DNA from: an uncultured Erysipelotrichaceae bacterium
Lineage (GTDB): Bacteria; Bacillota_I; Bacilli_A; Erysipelotrichales; Erysipelotrichaceae
Direction: 5' to 3'
DNA length: 54,163 nucleotides
Assembly: GCA_902803055.1 (NCBI GenBank)
Contig: CADCOR010000321.1
Coordinates: forward strand, 1-54,163
The position numbers and the translations under genes are program-made. Position 1 is the first letter of the stretch. Each line of letters starts with the position of its first letter. Below, in pieces: positions 39,029 to 47,361 of the stretch. The notes under the pieces are model-generated. The model saw only the letters and a list, made by a program, of their open reading frames with translations, searched no databases and was not told the origin of the DNA.

Positions 39029-39748
39029 TCAGAAAAGCCGATTCGTCAAGGAATAAAGATAATAGCGTCCAAAAACATATAATTCCAGATTGGTCATATT
39101 GAATCTGATGATGTATTTATAGCCATCCGCAAATTCAAAGCACAAAGCATTGTCATTATCGGTGACCATTGCATATTCTCTTTTGAAGATCTTCGTGCTG
39201 CAGAATGCTTCAACGATCTTCCTGATCTGTTCTGCATCTTCAACATTTTCACTTCTTATTCCGGCTATTGAACCTCTTTGAATGATGACCTTGACCGGCA
39301 TTTTCTCTTTGATCTGATTGATGTGTTCGTCATTTATGGCCTGATACAGATATTCACCAGGCAAAGGCAGATGATATAAAGGCAATTCAGCGACATCTTT
39401 AAGTTCTTTAACGCGAACAGTGATCTTTTCCGGTTTTTTCGCCAGCTTGCTTTGAAAGCCGCTCTCGTATGCAACACTCTGCCACTGATCAAGACTGCGG
39501 TCAACACCGAGCCAGTTTTCCGTATCAGTAAAAACTGTCTCTTCACCACCAATAAAATCAATAAGAAAAGTAATAGAAGTGAGTTTTCTTTCACCATCAT
39601 TTTTCAAAGTCGAAGAAATTGAAAAGATATAGCTCTCGGTTTTCTCGTTATATTCAACTTGGATCCTGCAGGAAACAGTAACTCCTTGCCAATTCGCGGA
39701 AACTGCTTCCAGATCATGCAGTTGCTTGATGAAATCAGGCCTGTTCAT
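39029..39748 (-). CDS. hypothetical protein, no TM segment
   Basis: 239-aa ORF. The start overlaps the upstream gene's end by 14 nt. No motif recognised. Confidence 0.5.
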   Translation of the reverse strand: MNRPDFIKQLHDLEAVSANWQGVTVSCRIQVEYNEKTESYIFSISSTLKNDGERKLTSITFLIDFIGGEETVFTDTENWLGVDRSLDQWQSVAYESGFQSKLAKKPEKITVRVKELKDVAELPLYHLPLPGEYLYQAINDEHINQIKEKMPVKVIIQRGSIAGIRSENVEDAEQIRKIVEAFCSTKIFKREYAMVTDNDNALCFEFADGYKYIIRFNMTNLELYVFGRYYLYSLTNRLF

Positions 39749-40760
39749 TGTTCTGTTTATTGGCTTTTATCATTTCATTATAGGCATTGATATTATTCTG
39801 ATCATAGCCTATGAGTACTTCGGGATTCCTGGCTTGGATATTGCTGATGATCTCTTCGTGTACCTCGGCAGTTGCATTGCGATTCTTCTTGCCAAATGTC
39901 TTGCCATTGCCGCAGATCACCTGTTCACCCTTTCTGGTGCACAGATTCAGGAAGCTGTAGTCCTGAATGCCGTTGGTGCGGTGTCTGGTCAGATATGCCC
40001 AGAAGATATCGCTATAATCAAGCACATGCAAGGCACCATTGAAACTGACGACATGCTTATCCGTCAAAGCCAGTTTCATATCTTTATAGTATTTTGTATT
40101 CTCATCTTCCAGTTCAGCTTTCAGTTCCTCATCTTGCAGGTACTTTTCATAGCTGTGAGAATTGCTGCGGTCAACAAAGAAGAGGATCAGGCCTAGGATC
40201 AAAGCCAGAGCAGCCATCAGCAGTTCAAGCGATGCAACATTGAACATCATTGAGAACAGATTGATCGCTGAATCTCTTTTTGCTTCCAGCATGACATCAC
40301 CAAGCATATCATCAAAGTTGGAAGCAGTGATGAGTTCTTCGCCTGTATCTTCATTGACTGCGGAGATCGCGTATGGTTTGGCTTCTTCTGGGATCTTTCT
40401 GGTATAGCCCCAGATCCTGACCGTATCTTTATCATCAAACTGATCAGCGAAGTAATCGAAATCCTTCTCTTTGATCGAGATGATGTACATATAGTCCTCA
40501 TCGTAGGCGATGTAATAACCCAGATCATCGCCATAAGAGGCAAACTGATAGAAACCAACGCTGTCGAGATAGGAAAGACGTCCTTCTTTACGCCCTTCTT
40601 CCATAATGATCGCATCATTCAGATGCAAAGCATTGTTTTTGATATTGACCGTTTTGATCAAAGAAACAATAAGCAATAAAGACGCGATGCTGAGCAAGAC
40701 GATGCCAGCGATCATGCCTTTGCGATTGCGTTTGTATTCTTTTTCCAGTAAATCATTCAT
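39735..40760 (-). CDS. hypothetical two-TM membrane protein (ectodomain plus cytoplasmic, possibly bacterial-PH-like, domain)
   Basis: 341 aa. TM at ~16-36 and ~168-195. C-terminal LTDKHVVSFNGALHVLDYSDIFWAYL. Confidence 0.5.
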   Translation of the reverse strand: MNDLLEKEYKRNRKGMIAGIVLLSIASLLLIVSLIKTVNIKNNALHLNDAIIMEEGRKEGRLSYLDSVGFYQFASYGDDLGYYIAYDEDYMYIISIKEKDFDYFADQFDDKDTVRIWGYTRKIPEEAKPYAISAVNEDTGEELITASNFDDMLGDVMLEAKRDSAINLFSMMFNVASLELLMAALALILGLILFFVDRSNSHSYEKYLQDEELKAELEDENTKYYKDMKLALTDKHVVSFNGALHVLDYSDIFWAYLTRHRTNGIQDYSFLNLCTRKGEQVICGNGKTFGKKNRNATAEVHEEIISNIQARNPEVLIGYDQNNINAYNEMIKANKQNNEQA

Positions 40761-40781
40761 AGCTGCTACCCCCTTTAATTA

Positions 40782-42092
40782 TTATTGATTGATCAGTGTT
40801 TTCCTGATGTTGTCATAGACCTGTTTTCTGACTTCGGTGAAACGTTTCAGATCTTCTTCACTTACGCCATTGAAACAGATCGCCAGATAATCATCCTGGA
40901 TCTTGTCAAACTGTTTATCCAGTTCACCTGAAACATATTCATAAAGGATCTTGTCATCATCAAAAAGATTGACATCGCTGACCTTCAGGTGCGCAGTAGT
41001 CAGCAGTTTAGCCAAAGATATTGCACAGTTTCCGGAACCGATGGAACACACGGAAGCGATCTCATCGCCAGAAGCACTCTTGCCTTTTTTATAAAGATAG
41101 TAAAGAATCATCATCTCATTTTCACGCAGTCCTTTGGCTTCGGCTAGAGGATTAAGCATTTTCAGAAAGAGCCTGTTTCGCAGATAGTTATTCATCAGTT
41201 CATTATCATCAAGTTCTTTGTCGTAATAAACTTTGCCGCCTTTTTCTTCACCCAGTTTCTTGGTGTTCTCCAGAAATGGGATCGCAAAACTGTCAGTTGA
41301 GACGGCGACCAGATAGCCATAGATAAAAGGTTTGCGCTGTTCATAATCATGTGCAACTGTAATATTCTTATAGAAATCGCGATAATATTTGATCATACCG
41401 GTCTTCATCTTGATAGTGCTTTCCAGATTCATGTTCTGCATAACCAGCGAGCCTTCGGTGCGTACATAATAGTAGACCGGATTCTTGAGCACGTAGATCC
41501 TCTCCACATGCAAGAGATATTCCAGATTGTAGATCATATCCTCACCATAGGAGATATTCTGATCCATCCTGATCGCATAAGAATCGATGATCTGTTTCTT
41601 ATAGAGTTTGTTCCAGAGCACACCGTAATAGAAATCGGCCGGCGAAAGCATCATCTTATCCGCAAAGGCATTCCTTGTCGTAACGCCGCCTTCCTTGATC
41701 GAACCCTTCTTGGCGACATTGTCACCAACGACCCGGTAAAAATCCGCAATGACCAGATCGACATCGTTTTCTTCCATCGCTCTGACCATCAGTTTCGTCG
41801 AATCGAAAGGAAGCCAGTCATCAACATCGAGGAACTGGATGTAATCACCGGTCGCCATGGATAAAGCCAGATTTCTGGTCGCTGAAACGCCGCTGTTCTC
41901 TTTATGGACCAGAACGATCCTTTCATCATTTTTCGCGTATTCTTCTATGATCTTATAGGAATCATCCTTGCTGCCATCATCTACGAGAATGATCTCCAGA
42001 TCGCGATAATCCTGATTGATGATCGAATCAACACATCTTCTGATCACTTTTTCACCATTGTAGATTGGAACAATAATACTTACTTTAGACAT
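40782..42092 (-). CDS. family-2 glycosyltransferase fused to a C-terminal MarR-like wHTH domain
   Basis: SIIVPIYNGEKVIRRCVDSIINQDYRDLEIILVDDGS and DVDD motifs. The C-terminal ~115 aa read GLRENEMMILYYLYKKGKSASGDEIASV...ISLAKLL. The start at 42092 overlaps the GtrA stop by 8 nt. Confidence 0.75.
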   Translation of the reverse strand: MSKVSIIVPIYNGEKVIRRCVDSIINQDYRDLEIILVDDGSKDDSYKIIEEYAKNDERIVLVHKENSGVSATRNLALSMATGDYIQFLDVDDWLPFDSTKLMVRAMEENDVDLVIADFYRVVGDNVAKKGSIKEGGVTTRNAFADKMMLSPADFYYGVLWNKLYKKQIIDSYAIRMDQNISYGEDMIYNLEYLLHVERIYVLKNPVYYYVRTEGSLVMQNMNLESTIKMKTGMIKYYRDFYKNITVAHDYEQRKPFIYGYLVAVSTDSFAIPFLENTKKLGEEKGGKVYYDKELDDNELMNNYLRNRLFLKMLNPLAEAKGLRENEMMILYYLYKKGKSASGDEIASVCSIGSGNCAISLAKLLTTAHLKVSDVNLFDDDKILYEYVSGELDKQFDKIQDDYLAICFNGVSEEDLKRFTEVRKQVYDNIRKTLINQ

Positions 42093-42618
42093 CTTTCTTC
42101 TCCCTAAATAAAACAAACTTCTCCAGAGGATAGATCACCAGGAACTGGAAAGTTCCCGAAACCCAGGCCGCTATAGATCTTGCGAGCCAGGCAAACGACG
42201 TTTTCATCACGGCAGCTGCTACCTTGCCCTGCAGCCAGGTCGAGATAAGGATCAGGTTGAAGAGCACCACAAAATAAATGATGAGGCTCTTCTTTGAATA
42301 GCTGCTTTTGAATGTAAAACGCATATTCGCAAAATAACCATAGACATTACCCAGAAAATTTGACAGGAAAAACGGCAATACATAGCCCCAGGTCACAACA
42401 CCGTTTACGACATAAGGACTTGGTCCATCAAAGAGCGCTTTTGGATCAAAGATCCAGCTTAAGGATGGCGGTAAAGGTGTTTTGATATTGTTCAGAAATA
42501 AAGGAAGCACATTGGCTAAAAACAGCTGTACTAAAAAAGTCGAAGTAGAGACGAGGTTGAATTTAATGAACTGCCAGATATTGCTGTCCTTGTATTTTTC
42601 ATCCAGTTTTTTAAACAT
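42085..42618 (-). CDS. GtrA-family membrane protein
   Basis: 177 aa. QFIKFNLVSTSTFLVQ, four TM segments, and the usual pairing with a GT2. Confidence 0.7.
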   Translation of the reverse strand: MFKKLDEKYKDSNIWQFIKFNLVSTSTFLVQLFLANVLPLFLNNIKTPLPPSLSWIFDPKALFDGPSPYVVNGVVTWGYVLPFFLSNFLGNVYGYFANMRFTFKSSYSKKSLIIYFVVLFNLILISTWLQGKVAAAVMKTSFAWLARSIAAWVSGTFQFLVIYPLEKFVLFREKKDV

Positions 42619-42660
42619 CTTTTTTATTATAAGCCTTCATCTTCAATTAAAAAAGAAAGA

Positions 42661-43266
42661 TCAGAACATCTGTTTCTGATCTTCAGTTTTCCCATACAGC
42701 TTATTGAACAGTCTTATAAATGCTTTAGTTTTATCTTTAAAACTGACTTTGCTCATATATTCTTCATCAAACTGTTTCGGCAGTCTTACAATTTCACCCT
42801 TAACCCCTTTACTGATCAGAGCATTTTCAATATCTTCAATACTGTTCTTATATAGTTTATTAGGCAAAGGATAATCAAGGATCGTCAATACCTCTGCGAC
42901 AAAGCTCATACAGTTATAAGCTCTTTTGTTCTTATGGCCATGTACGATCGGCATCAGGATCATATCCATCACATCAAAAGGACAGTCTTTTACCTGTTCC
43001 ATAAAAGCGATGATTTTATCCTTCTCTTCATCTGAGATCTCAGTTTTATAGATCTTTACCTCAACTTCTTCATAAGCAAAATAAGCCAGCTTTTCTTCCG
43101 TCAGCCCGGCATCAAAAGGATTGTGTAACTTGCGGCGGGAAAAAGAATGATAGTATTCACCATCAAAGCTGATCGTCACATGGGTATAGGGATAAGGCAT
43201 GAGCACCCTTCCCAGCCTGCCGATCAGCGAATTGGATCTTTCAAAGAGAATATACAGATCATTCAT
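42661..43266 (-). CDS. permuted NlpC/P60-type (LRAT / YiiX-like) putative acyltransferase or hydrolase
   Basis: 201 aa. His-first then Cys order: PYTHVTISFDG ... AYNCMSFVAEV (NCxxF-like). SD aggag. 8-nt overlap with the rSAM stop. Confidence 0.4.
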   Translation of the reverse strand: MNDLYILFERSNSLIGRLGRVLMPYPYTHVTISFDGEYYHSFSRRKLHNPFDAGLTEEKLAYFAYEEVEVKIYKTEISDEEKDKIIAFMEQVKDCPFDVMDMILMPIVHGHKNKRAYNCMSFVAEVLTILDYPLPNKLYKNSIEDIENALISKGVKGEIVRLPKQFDEEYMSKVSFKDKTKAFIRLFNKLYGKTEDQKQMF

Positions 43267-44581
43267 GTGTCTTCTCCTTCATAAAGATATTTCTGATGAA
43301 CGAACGGATATAATCGCCATAATCGATGAAATCATATACGCCATCTCTTCTGGCTTTTAAAAACAGTTTTATCAGTAAGACATAGTAATGAAAATACCAG
43401 CTTCTGACACTCAGATGGTCTGGCTTACAGACTAAATGCAGATAATCAAAATGAGTCAGATCATCAGTTATGTATTCCACATCTTTACTGATGCCAAGTT
43501 CCGGTGTATAGATTGAAACTGCCACGTGTTTCAGATCATGTTTCTTAATATATGCGTAAAGATCACTGAAATCCCTGCCCATATAATCAAGACCAAGAAT
43601 AAACATCGCCATCAGTCTGATGCCATATCGATTGCATATCTCTATACATTTCTCATTGTTTTCGACGGTATTGACCTTGTTGTAATCATTTAACCTGCTG
43701 TTGCGGATATCTTCAAAACCGACCAGTACATAATACAGACCCAGATCCGCAAATTCTTTCATCAGCTTTTCATGGGAGCAGATGAAATCAGCGCGTCCGT
43801 AACAGATGTATTTTCTCCTGATTTTTCTCTTTCTGATCTCATCAAGAAAATTCTGAAGATATTTCTCGTCAAAGAGAAAATCATCGTCGACCAGATAGAC
43901 GTTTTCATTGTCATTGCTTTCGATCTCATCGATCAGATCATAAACGTTTCGCCTTGAATACAGTGAATTGTTCATACGGTTGCGGATACAGAAACGGCAG
44001 CGGTAAGGACAGGAAAAGCTGCTGCGGATCCACATCGCATGTTTGAGTTCGAGATACTGATAGCGCTCAGGATGTGCATAGAAACAGGAACGATCCGGCC
44101 AGGGCAGATCATTGATATCGACAGCTTCAGTTGAATTCGAGATCCAGCCGGCAGCCGTTTTATAAGACAGATTATCAGCATCACGTCTTCCTTCTATTAT
44201 GGAAGGCAAATCATAGTAATTATAGCCGCTTAAAATAAGATCAACATAATCTTGGAACAGGCGCTGTCTGCAGATCTGGGCATGTATGCCGCCCAGGATC
44301 ACCAGCCCATTATATTTATCTTTAAACGCTTTGGCATATTCAAGAATAAAAGGCTCCTGAAAACAGCGCGATTCGCCATAGAAGACCTCAAACTGTTTAT
44401 CAGCGATGAAACTTGTAAAAGAAGCTGATTCAACCTGTTTATCAAAAATTGTCACTTCATGACCCTGATCAGAAAGGATCTTGCAGATCCATTCCAGATC
44501 CAGGCATTCATTTTCGATCACGCCCTGAAAATCATACTTGCTGCGGGATTCCTCAGGACGTACCAGCAATATCCTTGCCAT
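43259..44581 (-). CDS. B12-binding-domain radical SAM enzyme
   Basis: 440 aa. N-terminal Rossmann-like ILLVRPEE...LVILGGIHA and cluster motif CPYRCRFC. Confidence 0.8.
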   Translation of the reverse strand: MARILLVRPEESRSKYDFQGVIENECLDLEWICKILSDQGHEVTIFDKQVESASFTSFIADKQFEVFYGESRCFQEPFILEYAKAFKDKYNGLVILGGIHAQICRQRLFQDYVDLILSGYNYYDLPSIIEGRRDADNLSYKTAAGWISNSTEAVDINDLPWPDRSCFYAHPERYQYLELKHAMWIRSSFSCPYRCRFCIRNRMNNSLYSRRNVYDLIDEIESNDNENVYLVDDDFLFDEKYLQNFLDEIRKRKIRRKYICYGRADFICSHEKLMKEFADLGLYYVLVGFEDIRNSRLNDYNKVNTVENNEKCIEICNRYGIRLMAMFILGLDYMGRDFSDLYAYIKKHDLKHVAVSIYTPELGISKDVEYITDDLTHFDYLHLVCKPDHLSVRSWYFHYYVLLIKLFLKARRDGVYDFIDYGDYIRSFIRNIFMKEKTHE

Positions 44582-44582
44582 C

Positions 44583-45164
44583 TCAGTTCTCCCGCAAGAG
44601 TTTCTCTATCGTGTGATAGAGCAGAGAATTGGCTTCTTCAATATCATCAGTCTTTATTTCAATGGGTTCGCCATAAACGATCCTCAGATCAGCAGAACGG
44701 AAACGATAATCACCTTTTATGCAGTAAGGGATGATCTTTGTGCCGGTCTCCATTGCCATGCGCACTGCGCCGTTCTTAAAAGGAAGCAAAAGCTGGTCGG
44801 TATAGTTGCGGGCTGCCTCAGGCGATATATTGATGACTCCTCCTTCAAGCAGTATACTTTTCGCTTTTTCATAAGCCTCAGGATTGCCTGGTGCATCCAG
44901 ATCAACACTGATGGCGCCAATACTTCTGAAAAACGGTCCAAACAGTCCTTTGAACAATTCACTTTTAGCCAAAGCATGAACAGTGCGTCTGGTACAGATA
45001 TCGACTAAGATCGGATCTAAAGCATGTTTATGATTGCCAGCCAGAATGATCGCTCCTTCTTCAGGGATCTTATCTTTGCCTTTAATTTCAGGATGAAAAA
45101 ACAACCTGAAAACAGGCGTAAATACTATTCTGCAGAACTGATATAGACGATCGTTACGCATCAT
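44583..45164 (-). CDS. lysophospholipid (1-acyl-glycerol-3-phosphate-type) acyltransferase
   Basis: 193 aa. Motif I NHKHALDP. The motif III position reads ISPEAARN instead of FPEGTR. Confidence 0.7.
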   Translation of the reverse strand: MMRNDRLYQFCRIVFTPVFRLFFHPEIKGKDKIPEEGAIILAGNHKHALDPILVDICTRRTVHALAKSELFKGLFGPFFRSIGAISVDLDAPGNPEAYEKAKSILLEGGVINISPEAARNYTDQLLLPFKNGAVRMAMETGTKIIPYCIKGDYRFRSADLRIVYGEPIEIKTDDIEEANSLLYHTIEKLLREN

Positions 45165-45202
45165 ATAAATTCTATTAGTGATTTATGCTTTAGGCAAATA
45201 GA

Positions 45203-45230
45203 AAAGGCAGATGTCTGAACACCTGCCTTT
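45203..45230 (-). terminator. terminator of gap
   Basis: aaaggcag-12 nt-ctgccttt. The minus strand follows it with ttctattt. Confidence 0.55.
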
Positions 45231-45258
45231 AAAAAACTATGTGCTTAGATTAAGCTGA

Positions 45259-46329
45259 TTAACCTAATTCAGCGAAGTACTTGATAGTTCTTACCATCTG
45301 TGATGTGTAAGAATTTTCGTTATCGTACCAAGCAACAACCTGTACTAAGTAGCAGTCGCCGCCCATGTCAGAAACCATTGTCTGGTTAGCATCGAATAAA
45401 GAACCGAATTTCATACCGATAATATCAGAAGAAACCAGTTTTTCAGTTGTGTAACCGAATGATTCGTTAGCATGAGCCTTCATAGCTTCGTTGATACCTT
45501 CAACAGTAACGCCTTCCTTCTTAACTACAGCGTGAAGGATAGTTGTAGAACCTGTAACTGTTGGAACTCTCTGAGCAGCACCAATAAGTTTGCCATTGAG
45601 TTCAGGAATAACTAAACCGATAGCCTTAGCAGCACCAGTTGAGTTAGGAACGATGTTGGCAGCGCCAGCTCTGGCTCTCTGCAGATCGCCTTTTCTATGC
45701 GGACCATCGAGGATCATCTGGTCACCAGTGTAAGCATGAACAGTTGTCATGATACCAGACTGGATCGGAGCATAGTCATTTAATGCCTGAGTCATCGGTG
45801 CTAAGCAGTTAGTAGTGCAAGAAGCAGCAGAGATGATCTTGTCATCCTTAGTCAGAGTAGTGTGGTTTACATTGTAAACGATAGTTGGAAGATCGTTGCC
45901 TGCTGGAGCAGAGATAACGACTTTCTTGGCACCTGCATCGATATGAGCCTGTGCTTTTGCTTTAGAAGTATAGAAGCCTGTGCATTCGAGAACGACGTCA
46001 ACATCTAATGCACCCCAAGGTAATTCAGCTGCATTTGGTTTTGCATAGATAGTGATTTCCTTGCCATCAACAGTGATAGAACCAGGAACCTTGACTGTCT
46101 TGCCATCTTCCTCTAATTCAGGTTCTTTTGAAGAAACTGTGTGAAGATTCTCACCAAATTTACCGCAGTATCCACCCTGTGCTGAGTCATACTTTAATAA
46201 ATTTGCTAACATTTTAGGGCTTGTTAAATCATTGATTGCAACGATTTCGTAACCCTCGGCACCGAACATCTGACGGAAAGCTAATCTACCGATACGTCCG
46301 AAGCCATTAATTGCAACTTTTACTGCCAT
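45259..46329 (-). CDS. gap: type I glyceraldehyde-3-phosphate dehydrogenase
   Basis: 356 aa. INGFGRIGR and SCTTNCLAP. It has a ~20-aa insertion after LLKYDS. Confidence 0.97.
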   Translation of the reverse strand: MAVKVAINGFGRIGRLAFRQMFGAEGYEIVAINDLTSPKMLANLLKYDSAQGGYCGKFGENLHTVSSKEPELEEDGKTVKVPGSITVDGKEITIYAKPNAAELPWGALDVDVVLECTGFYTSKAKAQAHIDAGAKKVVISAPAGNDLPTIVYNVNHTTLTKDDKIISAASCTTNCLAPMTQALNDYAPIQSGIMTTVHAYTGDQMILDGPHRKGDLQRARAGAANIVPNSTGAAKAIGLVIPELNGKLIGAAQRVPTVTGSTTILHAVVKKEGVTVEGINEAMKAHANESFGYTTEKLVSSDIIGMKFGSLFDANQTMVSDMGGDCYLVQVVAWYDNENSYTSQMVRTIKYFAELG

Positions 46330-46415
46330 AATTATTTTTTCCTCCTATTTATGACTACATATATATTATAAGGTTTTTCCCTTAAAATTAAATAACAATT
46401 CTAATGAATTAGGAT

Positions 46416-46445
46416 ACAAAAAGGGAACAGATTTTCCATTCCCTT
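46416..46445 (-). terminator. terminator after the lipoprotein gene
   Basis: Minus strand reads agggaa-11 nt-ttccct followed by ttttgt. Confidence 0.45.
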
Positions 46446-46461
46446 TCACCTAAAGGTTTTA

Positions 46462-47295
46462 TTATTTGACCGTGATCGAAGTAATATGCGGATTTGCCCC
46501 GTTATACCAGTATAAGAAACCTTCCAGATCGAGTTTGTCACCGATGTTTAATGCTTCAACAGCTTCATAGACATCAGAACCGTCATAGCACAGATATGAT
46601 TCAACAACAAAATTGTAAGTCGTACCGTTAGCTGAAACATTGAAATAAAGGTCACTGCCAGGTTCACCTGAACCATCCCAGTTGTATAAGAATGCAACAT
46701 CATTGCCATCAGCATCTTTAGAAGCTTCAACAGTCATATCACTGAACTTGACCTTCTTGTTCATCTTTTCGATCAGAGCATCAGTTCCTAAGAGAGCTGT
46801 AACATCTTCAGCTTCAGCGACCCATTTTTCAGAATCAAGGATCGTAACTGTAGCTTCTGAGACTTCTACTTCACCAGACCATTCAGCCTTGACACCTTTG
46901 ACCTGTACTTTCGTACCATCACAGATACCCTTCCAGCCTTCTTTGTAGTCGGTGGAAGCTACGATCTTGGCATAGTCTTCTTCAGAAATATTGATGTCTT
47001 CGCCTTTGCCATCGCAATAGACAAAGTAAGCACCATCCGGATCAGCTACATAGAACTTGGCACCCTGCCAGTATGACTGAGCGCCCTGTACGAAACCTTC
47101 GATGACGACTTCATCACCCAGGTTTGCTGCTGCGAATTCGCTGTAAGTCATGACGCCTTCTGATTTTGCTGAAGGATCAAATGCAGCTGGAGCAGGAGCT
47201 GGTTCCGGAGTCGGAGTCTCTTCCGGTTTCTTGTTGCAGGCACATAAGCCAAGCAGCATCAATACCATAACAGTTATAGTAAGTAACTTTTTCAT
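46462..47295 (-). CDS. lipoprotein, uncharacterised
   Basis: 277 aa. Signal peptide plus lipobox (LLGLCAC), Pro-rich linker PEETPTPEPAPAPA, beta-rich body. Confidence 0.6.
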   Translation of the reverse strand: MKKLLTITVMVLMLLGLCACNKKPEETPTPEPAPAPAAFDPSAKSEGVMTYSEFAAANLGDEVVIEGFVQGAQSYWQGAKFYVADPDGAYFVYCDGKGEDINISEEDYAKIVASTDYKEGWKGICDGTKVQVKGVKAEWSGEVEVSEATVTILDSEKWVAEAEDVTALLGTDALIEKMNKKVKFSDMTVEASKDADGNDVAFLYNWDGSGEPGSDLYFNVSANGTTYNFVVESYLCYDGSDVYEAVEALNIGDKLDLEGFLYWYNGANPHITSITVK

Positions 47296-47361
47296 TTTTC
47301 CTCCTTATAGGTTCTTCCAATAAAAACCCTAATAAATTCTATCACAAGCAAATAAATATGA

